Part shown: one piece after another, positions 1 to 8,376 of the stretch
Layout of the letters: each line of letters opens with the position of its first letter
Numbering within the stretch: position 1 is the first letter of the stretch
Assembly (NCBI RefSeq): GCF_016093275.1
Contig: NZ_JAEDAK010000005.1
Location: 1 to 64,000, forward strand
DNA: 64,000 nt
Direction of reading: 5' to 3'
Source of the DNA: Inhella proteolytica
GTDB taxonomy: Bacteria; Pseudomonadota; Gammaproteobacteria; Burkholderiales; Burkholderiaceae_C
The notes under the pieces: generated by a model
Seen by the model: the letters and a program-made list of their open reading frames with translations, nothing else
Told to the model about the DNA's origin: nothing
Databases searched by the model: none
Position numbers and translations under genes: made by a program

Positions 1-15
1 CGCAACTTCGGAGAT

Positions 16-363
16 GTGGCCGCTGCACAGCGGGCCTTCGATACCTGGCGTGCCATCTACAACTGCGAGCGGCCACATGAGGCGCTGGCCATGAGGCCAC
101 CCGTGGGCAGCTACCAGCCCAGCCCACTGCCCTACCGCGAAACCCCTGCCCCCTTCGAGTACCCCAGCACCGATGAAGTGGTGAAGGTGGGCTGGAATGG
201 CTTCATCCATTTCAAGGGACGGCGCATCCGAACCTCCAAAGCACTGCACCGCCTTTCCATCGGGCTGCGAGCGTGCGTCGACACCGATGGCGTGCATGAC
301 GTGTACTTCTGCCACCAGAGGTTCATGCAGATCGACCTGCGCAATTTCGCGCCCGACACTTGA
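16..363 (+). mobile_element. C-terminal part of an IS481/IS3-type transposase (integrase-core rve domain); 5' end lies outside the window
   Basis: Protein ends with the conserved '...WRAIYNCERPHEAL...' integrase-core C-terminal signature. The ORF abuts the window start. A tandem 13-bp repeat GTTACCCATGTCC follows just downstream (371-405). Confidence 0.6.
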
Positions 364-532
364 GTTCAAGGTGTTACCCATGTCCCGGCACACCTGTTAC
401 CCATGTCCTGACTCCGAACAGCGCAGCAAAGAAAGGCGGGTCGGGGTGCAGGGGTTGAAGACCCCTGCGGGCTCTCACAAGCGCCTCCAAGCACGCTTCA
501 ACGCCAAGGCCCTTGGCTTTCCCCTTAAGCGC

Positions 533-1414
533 TCAGAGCTGCTTCAGGTACAGATGCAGCGCCTGCGCGTCCACGTCGTTGAGTTCGCGCAGCGACTCGA
601 ACGGCATCACCTGGATGGCGCTGCCATCGGGCCGGCGGCCGCTCTTCAGCATCTGCTGGAAGCTGGCGGCGTCGGGGTAGCGGCTGATCACGCTCTGGGG
701 GCCCGAGAGCGCGGCGGCGGCGGGCCAGTCCGGTGGGCCACCGGGAATGCGACCGCCCTTCAGTTCGGGGCCATGGCAGCCCGCGCACATCTGCGCCACG
801 TAGGCACCGTGCTCCACGCTCACGCTGGCCGGCACGGGCTGCGAGGGTGGCGCGGGGCGGGCGGCGATCTTCTCGGCTGCGTCCTGGATCAGGCCCACCC
901 CGTAGGCGCCCACCATCGGCGGCGGCAGCTTCGCCACCAGGCCCTCGCCGGCCACGGGCGGCAGCTGGCGCACATGGGCCACCAGGGCGGCCAGGTCTTC
1001 CTGCGTCCAGCGGGCGTAGTCCTCGCTGGGCATGATGAAGGCGGGGCGGCCGTTGGGCTTGACGCCGTGGCGCAGCAGGCGGGTCCAGTCCTGCGGCGTG
1101 TAGCGCGCCGCCACCGAGCCGGTGCCGGGGCTGATGTTGGGCGCCTTCACCAGCAGGCTGTCGCCGTCCTGGATGAAGACCTTGCCGCCGCCGTCCTTGC
1201 CATGGCAGTCGGCACAGCCGCGCGAGGCGTACAGGTAGGCGCCGCGCGCCAGGGCTTCGGCGCTGCTGGGCACGGCCCAGGGGGCGCTGCTGGGGGTGCT
1301 GATCTGGCGGTCCATCTTGCGATGGCCCATCCAGACGGCGCCGGCGCCGGCCGTGGCCAGCAGGGCGGCGGTGGCCAGGGCCCCGAGGGTGAGGCGGCGG
1401 ATCCAGGGACGCAT
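533..1414 (-). CDS. Diheme c-type cytochrome (secreted)
   Basis: N-terminal signal peptide. Two CxxCH heme-binding motifs (CADCH and CAGCH). Strong GC3 codon bias on this strand. Confidence 0.8.
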   Translation of the reverse strand: MRPWIRRLTLGALATAALLATAGAGAVWMGHRKMDRQISTPSSAPWAVPSSAEALARGAYLYASRGCADCHGKDGGGKVFIQDGDSLLVKAPNISPGTGSVAARYTPQDWTRLLRHGVKPNGRPAFIMPSEDYARWTQEDLAALVAHVRQLPPVAGEGLVAKLPPPMVGAYGVGLIQDAAEKIAARPAPPSQPVPASVSVEHGAYVAQMCAGCHGPELKGGRIPGGPPDWPAAAALSGPQSVISRYPDAASFQQMLKSGRRPDGSAIQVMPFESLRELNDVDAQALHLYLKQL

Positions 1415-1605
1415 GGGGGCTCTCCTTTGTTCGATGGGCCGGCAGTCTCGCGCCCGCGTATCAATTTGTCATGGGCCGAACGGGCCAATGCGGGCGACCT
1501 CCAATGGCCCGCTGGCGGGCGGCCCACTGGCCCATACGGGCGATGTGCGCGGGCGGATGACTGGGAACACTGGCGTCCATTCCAAACCCACAACCCGACG
1601 CCGCC

Positions 1606-2301
1606 ATGACCACCGCCCAACGCCTCGACCTGTACGCCCCCATCCACAAGGCCCTGCGCCTGTTCATGGCCGACACGCTGACGCGCCTGGGCCGCCTGGA
1701 CGTGGACTGCGCCGCCGAGCGCAGCCAGGTGCTGGCCCAACTGCAGGAGCTGCTGCAGGAGTGCGAAAGCCATCTGCGCCACGAGAACGAGTTCGTGCAC
1801 ACCGCGCTGGAGGCGCGCCGCCCCGGCGCCAGCGCCCGCATCGGCGCCGAGCACGAGGGGCATGTGGACGCCATTGCCGGCCTGCAGGCGGAAGGCCAGG
1901 CCCTGGCCCAGCAACCCAGCGCCGCCGCCGCCCTGCATCTGTACCGCCGCCTGAGCCGCTTCGTGGCCGAGAACTTCGAGCACATGCTGGAAGAGGAAAC
2001 CCGCCACAACGCCCTGCTCTGGGAGCTGTACAGCGACGCCGAGCTCGAAGCCCTGCACCAGCGCCTGCTGGCCTCCATCCCGGCCGACGAGATGCTGCGC
2101 ACGCTGCGCTGGATGGTGCCGGCGCTGAGCCCGGCCGAGCGTGCCGGCCTGCTCGGCGGCATGCCCCCGCCGGTGCGCCAGGTGGTGCTGGAGCACGTGC
2201 AGCCGCATCTCGATGCCCACGGCTGGTCCAAGTTGTGCGCCGCCGTCGGCGCGCCTGCGGTCGTTCCCCTGCCGGCCCATGTCACACCGGTCAGTGCCTG
2301 A
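1606..2301 (+). CDS. Hemerythrin-like (HHE cation-binding) domain protein
   Basis: His/Glu-rich helical protein (HENEF, EHEGH, EHMLEEETRHN motifs) resembling hemerythrin HHE domains. Good codon bias. Confidence 0.55.
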   Translation: MTTAQRLDLYAPIHKALRLFMADTLTRLGRLDVDCAAERSQVLAQLQELLQECESHLRHENEFVHTALEARRPGASARIGAEHEGHVDAIAGLQAEGQALAQQPSAAAALHLYRRLSRFVAENFEHMLEEETRHNALLWELYSDAELEALHQRLLASIPADEMLRTLRWMVPALSPAERAGLLGGMPPPVRQVVLEHVQPHLDAHGWSKLCAAVGAPAVVPLPAHVTPVSA

Positions 2302-2311
2302 AAGGTTCTCC

Positions 2312-3133
2312 ATGTCGTCGCTTCGTCTGCGTCCCTTGCTCGTGTCCTGGCTGCTCCAGGTGGTCGGTGCCTGCCTGCCGCTGCCGGCGGCCGGCGCACC
2401 GGCCCTCGCCAGCCTCTCCGCCCCCGCGGCCCCCGCCCCCTGGCCGCTGTGGTTCCACGGCATCCAGGCCATCCAGACCCATGAACACCTGGCCGCCTGG
2501 CTGGGCAGCGCCCAGGGCCTGCTGGACACCCCGGTGCGCCTGGTGCTGGTGGACGGCCATGGTGGTGCACCGCGGCTGGAGCTGCAGCGCGGGGGCCTGG
2601 GCCTGGGCGATGCGCTGCGCTACAGCGAGGCCAACCTGGGCAGCTACCGCCTGGGCCTGCAGCGCCTGGCCCTGCAGGCCGGCGAGCCCGACCCGCTGGA
2701 CGCCGCCAACCGCCTGCTCAGCCTGGAACGCCGCCTGGCCGCACGCTGGGTGCAGCAGGACGGCGGCAAGCCGCTGGCCAGCCGCTCAGAGCTGCCCGCC
2801 GGCTTCAACTGGCCGGTCTTCCTGGCCGCCGCGCGCGTGCCGGCCGATGCTTCTCTGCACCTGGCCCAGCCGGCCAGCCTGGCCGGCCTTTCGCGCCTGC
2901 TGGCCGACGTACCCCTGGCCGACTGGAAGCTCTACCTGCGCCTGCACAGCGTGGCCCAGCTCAGCCAGGCGGCCGAGCGCCAGGGCCATACCGATGGCCA
3001 GCGCCTGACCCAGCAGGTGCATGCCGCGCTGGGCCGCTGGGACGAACGCATGCACGCCCTGCAGCAGCCTGGCCCCACCGTGGTCTCGCACCCCTCCAAA
3101 CCCCGACTGCCGGCCCTGCGCCGCGGCATCTAA
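2312..3133 (+). CDS. Hypothetical secreted protein (possibly peptidase-M13 N-terminal-like)
   Basis: Start chosen at the in-frame ATG 2312 with a signal-peptide-like N-terminus (MSSLRLRPLLVSWLLQVVGACLP). The longer ORF from 2141 overlaps the upstream gene. GC3-biased. Confidence 0.45.
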   Translation: MSSLRLRPLLVSWLLQVVGACLPLPAAGAPALASLSAPAAPAPWPLWFHGIQAIQTHEHLAAWLGSAQGLLDTPVRLVLVDGHGGAPRLELQRGGLGLGDALRYSEANLGSYRLGLQRLALQAGEPDPLDAANRLLSLERRLAARWVQQDGGKPLASRSELPAGFNWPVFLAAARVPADASLHLAQPASLAGLSRLLADVPLADWKLYLRLHSVAQLSQAAERQGHTDGQRLTQQVHAALGRWDERMHALQQPGPTVVSHPSKPRLPALRRGI

Positions 3134-3144
3134 GGAGCCCCTGA

Positions 3145-4125
3145 ATGAAAGCCGACACGCACTTCGATTCCCCCAGCGACCCTCAGAGCGACCTCGACCT
3201 GCTGGCCCGCATGCTGCTCATCCGCGCCTACGAGGAGCACCTGGCCGAGCTGGCCGCGCGCGGCCCCGCGCCCATGGTCTGCTCCTCGCAGGGCCAGGAA
3301 GCCTCGGCCGTGGGCCTGATGGCGGCGCTGCAGCCCGACGATGAAATCCTCACCGCCCACCGCAGCGCCGGCCACCTGCTGGCGCGCGGCGCCGACCCGG
3401 CGCGCCTGCTCGGCGAGCTGTATGGCAAGGCCACCGGCTACTGCGGGGGCAAGAGCGGCTCGCTGCACATCTCCGCCAAGGAGCTCGGCGTGGTGCTCAC
3501 GTCCACCATCGTGGGCGGCCAGCTCAGCATGGCCACCGGCGTGGCGCTGGCACGCAAGATGGCGCGCCGCCCCGGCGTCGTGGCCTGCCTGTTCGGCGAC
3601 GGTGCGGCCACCGAGGGCATCTTTCATGAATCGCTGAACCTCGCCGCCGTCTGGCAGCTGCCGCTGCTCTATGTGTGCGAGAACAACCAGTGGCAGGCCT
3701 TCGTGCCGCGCCGCGAGACCATGGTGGGCGAGCACATCGCCCCCTGGGCCGAGCGCTACGGCATCGCCCACCAGACGGTGGACGGCAATGACGTGCGTGC
3801 CGTGCGCGCCGCCGCCGAGGCCGCACGCGCCTACATCGAGGCCACCGGCCAGCCCTATCTGCTGGAGACCTGGACCTACCGCCAGCGCGGCCACTACTCG
3901 GGCGACAACGGCGCCCACATCGACCCCGCCGAGCGCGCCCACTGGCAGGCGCTGGACCCGATCACCCAGCTGGCCGACGCGTTGCAGATGCGCGGCGACC
4001 TGGACGCCGAGGGCCTGCAGATGCTGCGCCAGCTGGCCACCGAACAGATCCGCCTGGCGCACGAGGAAGCCAGCGCCGCCCCCGCGCCCGCCCCCGGCGC
4101 CTTGCTCACCGATGTCTACGCCTGA
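3145..4125 (+). CDS. TPP-dependent 2-oxoacid/acetoin dehydrogenase E1 component, alpha subunit
   Basis: Classic E1-alpha motifs (GDGA..EG, YxxxxRxxGHS-like 'YRQRGHYSGD'). RBS, stop at 4125, and immediately followed by the beta subunit. Confidence 0.85.
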   Translation: MKADTHFDSPSDPQSDLDLLARMLLIRAYEEHLAELAARGPAPMVCSSQGQEASAVGLMAALQPDDEILTAHRSAGHLLARGADPARLLGELYGKATGYCGGKSGSLHISAKELGVVLTSTIVGGQLSMATGVALARKMARRPGVVACLFGDGAATEGIFHESLNLAAVWQLPLLYVCENNQWQAFVPRRETMVGEHIAPWAERYGIAHQTVDGNDVRAVRAAAEAARAYIEATGQPYLLETWTYRQRGHYSGDNGAHIDPAERAHWQALDPITQLADALQMRGDLDAEGLQMLRQLATEQIRLAHEEASAAPAPAPGALLTDVYA

Positions 4126-4135
4126 GGAGCCTTCC

Positions 4136-5122
4136 ATGTCCCAACTTCTGACCCTGACCCAGAACGAGGCCATCACCCAGGCCCTGCACGAAGAGATGGC
4201 GCGTGACAGCCGCGTGCTGATGTTCGGCGAGGGCGTGGCCACCACCCGCCCCGACCTGCTGCAGGCCTTCGGCCCCGAGCGCGTCCGCAACACCCCGCTG
4301 GCCGAGGCCATCATTGCCGGCACGGCGGTGGGTGCTGCCGCCAGCGGCCTGCGCCCCGTCATCGACCTGCTCTACGCGCCCTTCCTGACCTACGCGATGG
4401 ACGCGCTCGTCAACAGCGCCGGCAAGCTGCGCTACCTCTCCGGCGGGCAGTTCAACTTCCCGCTCGTGGTGCTGGCGCAGACCGGTGCGGGCTGGGGTGT
4501 GGGCGCCCAGCACAGCCATAACCTGGAGGCCTGGTTTGCCCATGTGCCGGGCCTGAAGATCGCTTTCCCCTCCAACCCTGCCGACGCCAAGGGCCTGCTC
4601 AAGGCCGCCATCCGCGACGACAACCCGGTGCTGATGTTCCTGGACATGCCGCTCGGCTACGTGCCCGGCGCCGTGCCCGCCGAACCCGAGCAGACCCTGG
4701 TGCCGTTGGGCCGCGCCAGCACCCTGCGCGTGGGCCGCGACATCACGCTGGTGAGCTACGGCAAGACCGTGGCCACCTGCCTGGACGCCGCCAAGCAGTT
4801 GGAGGCCGATGGCGTGAGCGCCGAGGTGATCGACCTGCGCAGCCTCAAGCCCCTGGACAGCCGCACGGTGCTGAACTCGGTGCGCAAGACCGGCCGCCTG
4901 GTGGTGGTGCACGAGGCCGGGCCGATGTGCGGCATTGGCGCCGAGGTCATCGCCCGCGTGGCCGAAGAGGGCTTCGAGCACCTGCGCGCCCCGGCCCGCC
5001 GCATCACCAGCCCGGATGTGCCCACGCCCGCCGCCCACAGCCTGGAAGCCGCCTTCGTGCCCAGCGCCGCCGCGGTGCGCAGCACCGCGCTGCGCCTGTG
5101 TGAGGGCGTGGCAGTGCTGTGA
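4136..5122 (+). CDS. TPP-dependent dehydrogenase E1 component, beta subunit (transketolase-like)
   Basis: Real start MSQLLTLTQNEAI at 4136, preceded by GAGGAG RBS. The track ORF 3671.. is an out-of-gene N-terminal extension. Pyrimidine-binding and transketolase C-terminal-like sequence. Confidence 0.85.
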   Translation: MSQLLTLTQNEAITQALHEEMARDSRVLMFGEGVATTRPDLLQAFGPERVRNTPLAEAIIAGTAVGAAASGLRPVIDLLYAPFLTYAMDALVNSAGKLRYLSGGQFNFPLVVLAQTGAGWGVGAQHSHNLEAWFAHVPGLKIAFPSNPADAKGLLKAAIRDDNPVLMFLDMPLGYVPGAVPAEPEQTLVPLGRASTLRVGRDITLVSYGKTVATCLDAAKQLEADGVSAEVIDLRSLKPLDSRTVLNSVRKTGRLVVVHEAGPMCGIGAEVIARVAEEGFEHLRAPARRITSPDVPTPAAHSLEAAFVPSAAAVRSTALRLCEGVAVL

Positions 5123-5643
5123 TCGCGCGCCTGTCCGAACTGGGCCGCAGCGCCTGGCGCTGGCGTGGGGCGGAGCCTGCCCCGCTCAGCCAGTGCTTTC
5201 TGCGGCCGTACCGCGAGGTCGACTTCGAGGCCTTCGCGGCCTTGAATGCCGACCCGGTGGTGCGCCGCTTTGTGGGCGGCCCGCTGAGCGAGGCGCAGGC
5301 GCGCGAGCGCTTCGCCGCCTTGCGCGGCGCGCGCCTGCAAGCCTGGGCGGTGGAACGCGCCGACCGCTACGCCGGCCACGCCTGGCTGCTGGCGCCGGAC
5401 GCGCAGGGCGAATGCGAGCTCGGTGTGCTGATCGCGACCGAGCATTGGCGCCAGGGCCTGGGCCTGGCGGTGGTGCAGGCCTTGCGGCAGCAGGCGCAGG
5501 GGTTGGGCTGGCGGGTGCGGGCGAGCGTGGATCTGGGGAACGTGGCTTGCATCGCCTTGCTGGAGCGGGCGGGGTTGCGGTTGCGCGAGCGGGAGGTGGG
5601 CGAGGACGGGCCGTACTGCGTTTATGCGGAGTGGGTGGGCTGA
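5119..5643 (+). CDS. GNAT family N-acetyltransferase
   Basis: GTG start overlapping the E1-beta stop. Acetyl-CoA binding-like motif (WRQGLGLAVVQAL). Confidence 0.65.
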   Translation: MIARLSELGRSAWRWRGAEPAPLSQCFLRPYREVDFEAFAALNADPVVRRFVGGPLSEAQARERFAALRGARLQAWAVERADRYAGHAWLLAPDAQGECELGVLIATEHWRQGLGLAVVQALRQQAQGLGWRVRASVDLGNVACIALLERAGLRLREREVGEDGPYCVYAEWVG

Positions 5644-5707
5644 TCTGCCTGTTTGAGAAGGGGCGCGACTCGTTGCAGCCCGCAGGGGCTTCACCCCTGC
5701 ACCCGAG

Positions 5708-5739
5708 TTCCTTTTCTTTGCTTCGCCAAAGAAAAGGAA
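5708..5739. terminator. Perfect 13-bp-stem hairpin TTCCTTTTCTTTG-cttcgc-CAAAGAAAAGGAA (possible factor-independent-like terminator/structured RNA)
   Basis: Perfect inverted repeat ~65 nt downstream of the GNAT gene stop. AT-rich stem is unusual for this genome. No U-tract follows. Confidence 0.35.
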
Positions 5740-5802
5740 CCAAGAGAAAGGCGACCCCGATGCGCAGCCCCGGCCGATGGCCGGGGTCCCCTGCGATGCT
5801 CG

Positions 5803-5909
5803 CTTGGCTGGGCCGGCCCAAAACTCGCTGCGTTCGCTTCGCTCACTCCGCTCAGACAGTTGGGCCGAGTCAGATGGGAACGCGTGCTGGTGCACGCGGC
5901 CCAGCCAAG
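5803..5909. repeat. ~107-nt structured intergenic element bounded by a 13-bp inverted repeat (CTTGGCTGGGCCG ... CGGCCCAGCCAAG) with an internal CGCGTGC/GCACGCG hairpin
   Basis: Read directly from sequence. Lies between convergent genes, not coding on either strand. Confidence 0.5.
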
Positions 5910-5943
5910 CTGCGCTTCTCGGCAGCGCATAGGGGCAGCAGCC

Positions 5944-5973
5944 TCAACAGCCAACAGCCAACAGCCAACAGCC
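5944..5973. repeat. Heptamer microsatellite (CCAACAG)x~4
   Basis: tCAACAG CCAACAG CCAACAG CCAACAG cc read directly, in the convergent intergenic region. Confidence 0.8.
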
Positions 5974-5979
5974 GGCCGC

Positions 5980-6264
5980 TTACCGCCGCGGCGACCGCGC
6001 CACCCCCGCCTGGCGCCAGTACCCGAACTCCTCCTCATGCACCTCCAGGTCCAGCTCCGCCACGCGGGCCTGCAGGCGCTCCTGCACATCGGCCACCGCG
6101 CGGTTGTAGACCGTCGGGCCAATCTCCTGCAGAAAGAAGTTCAGCAGCGACGCCGCGGCCAGATTGCCGATGCGTTCCTCGCGCTCCTCCTGGAAGTAGC
6201 GCTCGATCGAGCGCACCGCCTGGTCGCGCAGTTCTTTGGGCAGTTCGATGGGCATGGTGCGCAT
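5980..6264 (-). CDS. DUF2164 domain protein
   Basis: Short conserved protein 'MPIELPKELRDQAVRSIERYFQEEREERIGNLAA..', typical of the DUF2164 family. Confidence 0.6.
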   Translation of the reverse strand: MRTMPIELPKELRDQAVRSIERYFQEEREERIGNLAAASLLNFFLQEIGPTVYNRAVADVQERLQARVAELDLEVHEEEFGYWRQAGVARSPRR

Positions 6265-6310
6265 GATGCCGGCTGGGCCGGCTGCCCCGTGCGCGCGTGG
6301 GTTCAGCCGT

Positions 6311-7822
6311 TCACGGGTTCAGGTAGACCGGCCGGCCACTGAGCTTGGCCTGGATCCAGGCCTCCTGCCTGCCCTGCATGCGCGCGTTGAGGCTTTCGTA
6401 CACGCGCCCGAACATCAGGCGTGCATCGAGCTGCCGTTCACCCAGGTGCTTCAGCAGCGCTTCGGCATAGGGGCTGTGCTCGCCCTCACCGTCGTAGCTG
6501 GGTTGGCCGGGGTCGGCCGCCAGCGCGATCAGGGTGCCCGGGCGTGCCTCCATCTCGGCCAGCCCTGCGGAAGACCGGCTGCCTTGAGCGCCCGGAAACG
6601 GGTTCTCCCGGCAGGCGTCCAGGATCAGGATGCGTGCCTGCTTGACGCCCGCCAGATGGTCCAGCACCTGCGCGACGGGGATGGTCTCTTCCTCCAGCTG
6701 CTCGTCGCTGAGCACCTGGGCATCGATGGGGACGAGAAAGTTCCGCCCCGCACTCTCCAGCCCATGCCCGGCGTAATAGATCAAGGCCAGCTCGGCCTCA
6801 CTGGCCTGGGCCTGGAACTGGCTTAGCGCGGTCCGAAATGCCTGACGCTCCAGGTTCATGTGCTCATGCACAGCGGCAAACCCCATGCCGCGCAGCGCCT
6901 TGGCAATGGCCCGGGCATCGTTCCCGGGGTTGAACAGCAGGCCCGCATGGCGGTAGTGCGCATTGCCGATCACCAGGGCCACGCGCCGCCCGGTGCTGCC
7001 CACCGCCGGCTCGGCGCGCCCGGGCCGGAACGCGTACGGACGCACCAGGCGATCCTCGATCCAGGGCAGCTGGCGCCCCTTGGTGCTTTCGGCCACGCGC
7101 ATCTGCACCTGCTTGAAGACGGCCTGGGCCTCCAGCCCCGGGCTGCGCAGGGCATCCGCGAGGGCGCTGGAAAAGGCGTTGTCGTCATGGGCCGGCACAC
7201 CCGGGCGCCCGCGCGCCACCAGCATGGCATTGGTTGCGATCTCCCGTGTGCCTGCGGGGCCGGCGAGCAGCTCCGGCTCGGGCGCGTCCAGATGCGAGTC
7301 GATGACGACGAAGTTCGCCTGGTTGCGCAGGGCGTTCAAGGCATGGGTGACCCGGCGCAGCGGCAGGCCGACGCGCGGCAGGGCGGCCTGGATGCTGTGC
7401 AGATGGGCCGGACCGAGGCCCTCCTTGCGCAGGATCTCGCGCGCCTGCGGCAGCGTCTCGTTGGCCACCAGGTAGTTTCTTTTGGCGCGCGCATCGGCCC
7501 AGCAGTGGCCCGAAAAGTAGAGGAAGCCGACGGCCGCCGGGCCGGCGGCCTTCAGCGCATCGAGCCAGGATGCCGTCACCGCCTCCAGCTGCCGCAGCGA
7601 GAGATCCTGGTGCGCAAGCACCTTGAAGTTCAGCTCCTGCAGGGCCTGCCCCACCAGCTCGGCGTCCCGATGCGTGGCCTCCAGGGGCCCAAGTTCCTGC
7701 GCATAGGCCTGCAGGCTGAGGACCAGGGCCAGTCTGGGCTCCGCGGCGGCGGCCGCTGCGCTCAGCGGGGGCACGGCGGCCAACGCCAGCCATTGCCGAC
7801 GCGAAAGCAGGGAATGGTTCAT
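6311..7822 (-). CDS. Caspase-family (peptidase C14) protein with two tandem caspase-like domains; Tat/Sec signal
   Basis: N-terminal 'SRRQWLALAAVPPLSAAAAAAEP' twin-arginine-like signal. C-terminal domain has His (YYAGHG) and Cys (ILDACR) of the catalytic dyad. N-terminal domain is caspase-like but with Cys replaced (YFSGHC ... VIDSHLD). Confidence 0.75.
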   Translation of the reverse strand: MNHSLLSRRQWLALAAVPPLSAAAAAAEPRLALVLSLQAYAQELGPLEATHRDAELVGQALQELNFKVLAHQDLSLRQLEAVTASWLDALKAAGPAAVGFLYFSGHCWADARAKRNYLVANETLPQAREILRKEGLGPAHLHSIQAALPRVGLPLRRVTHALNALRNQANFVVIDSHLDAPEPELLAGPAGTREIATNAMLVARGRPGVPAHDDNAFSSALADALRSPGLEAQAVFKQVQMRVAESTKGRQLPWIEDRLVRPYAFRPGRAEPAVGSTGRRVALVIGNAHYRHAGLLFNPGNDARAIAKALRGMGFAAVHEHMNLERQAFRTALSQFQAQASEAELALIYYAGHGLESAGRNFLVPIDAQVLSDEQLEEETIPVAQVLDHLAGVKQARILILDACRENPFPGAQGSRSSAGLAEMEARPGTLIALAADPGQPSYDGEGEHSPYAEALLKHLGERQLDARLMFGRVYESLNARMQGRQEAWIQAKLSGRPVYLNP

Positions 7823-7906
7823 CGGCCCAGTGTGCAGCGCGCGTGCGCGCATCCACCACCGGGTCAAGTACCAGCCTGAAGTCGGCCTTCATGACCCGTC
7901 AGGTCA

Positions 7907-8317
7907 TTGCCGCGCCGCGGCCCGGCCGCGAGCATGCGCGCCATGCGTCACCTCGTCCCCGCCGCCCTGCTGCTCGCCGGCCTGATCCACCTGCTGCCCC
8001 TGGCCGGCCTGCTCGGCCCCGAGGCCCTGCAGCGCCTCTACGGCCTGCCGGCCGAGGAGCCCAATCTGCAGATCCTGCTGCGCCATCGCGCGTTGCTGTT
8101 CGGGCTGCTCGGTGCCTTCCTGTGCGCGGCCGCCTTCCGCCCCGCCTGGCAGGGGCCGGCCCTGCTGATGGCCGGCCTGAGCATGGCCGGCTTCATCCTG
8201 TTGACCCTGGCCGTGGGCGGCGCCAACACGGCTTTGCAGCGTGTGCTCTGGATCGACGCCGGCGCGCTGGCCCTGCTGCTGTTGGCGCCGCTGCTGGGCC
8301 GGGTCAACCCGCAATGA
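7907..8317 (+). CDS. Hypothetical integral membrane protein
   Basis: Three to four hydrophobic helices and good codon bias. Start uncertain (ATG at 7907, 7934 or 7943). Confidence 0.4.
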   Translation: MPRRGPAASMRAMRHLVPAALLLAGLIHLLPLAGLLGPEALQRLYGLPAEEPNLQILLRHRALLFGLLGAFLCAAAFRPAWQGPALLMAGLSMAGFILLTLAVGGANTALQRVLWIDAGALALLLLAPLLGRVNPQ

Positions 8318-8376
8318 CGGACGGCAGGGGGGCCGCCAGCCCCTAGCCTGCGCGCCTTCTTCATCCGGGAGGCGCC

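Noticed and set aside
197-1609. 470-aa plus-strand ORF overlapping the diheme cytochrome c gene
   Set aside because: Antisense shadow ORF of a well-supported minus-strand gene; Arg/Ala/Gly-rich low-complexity translation typical of high-GC antisense frames.
1147-3008. Long overlapping ORFs (1147..2529 -, 1296..3008 +, 1461..2570 -)
   Set aside because: Overlap the hemerythrin-like and hypothetical plus-strand genes in other frames. Translations are low-complexity (R/A/P/G-rich) with no motifs.
3671-4135. N-terminal 155-aa extension of the E1-beta ORF in the track
   Set aside because: It overlaps E1-alpha out of frame. A clear RBS+ATG at 4136 gives the conserved E1-beta N-terminus.
4756-5895. 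379-aa minus ORF containing 'SERSERSERSEF'
   Set aside because: Runs antisense through E1-beta/GNAT and the intergenic repeat region. The SER repeat is simply the translation of a hairpin/repeat element.
5944-5973. Possible CRISPR array
   Set aside because: Only a 7-nt unit with no spacers: a microsatellite, not CRISPR. No CRISPR-like repeat-spacer arrays were seen anywhere in the window.
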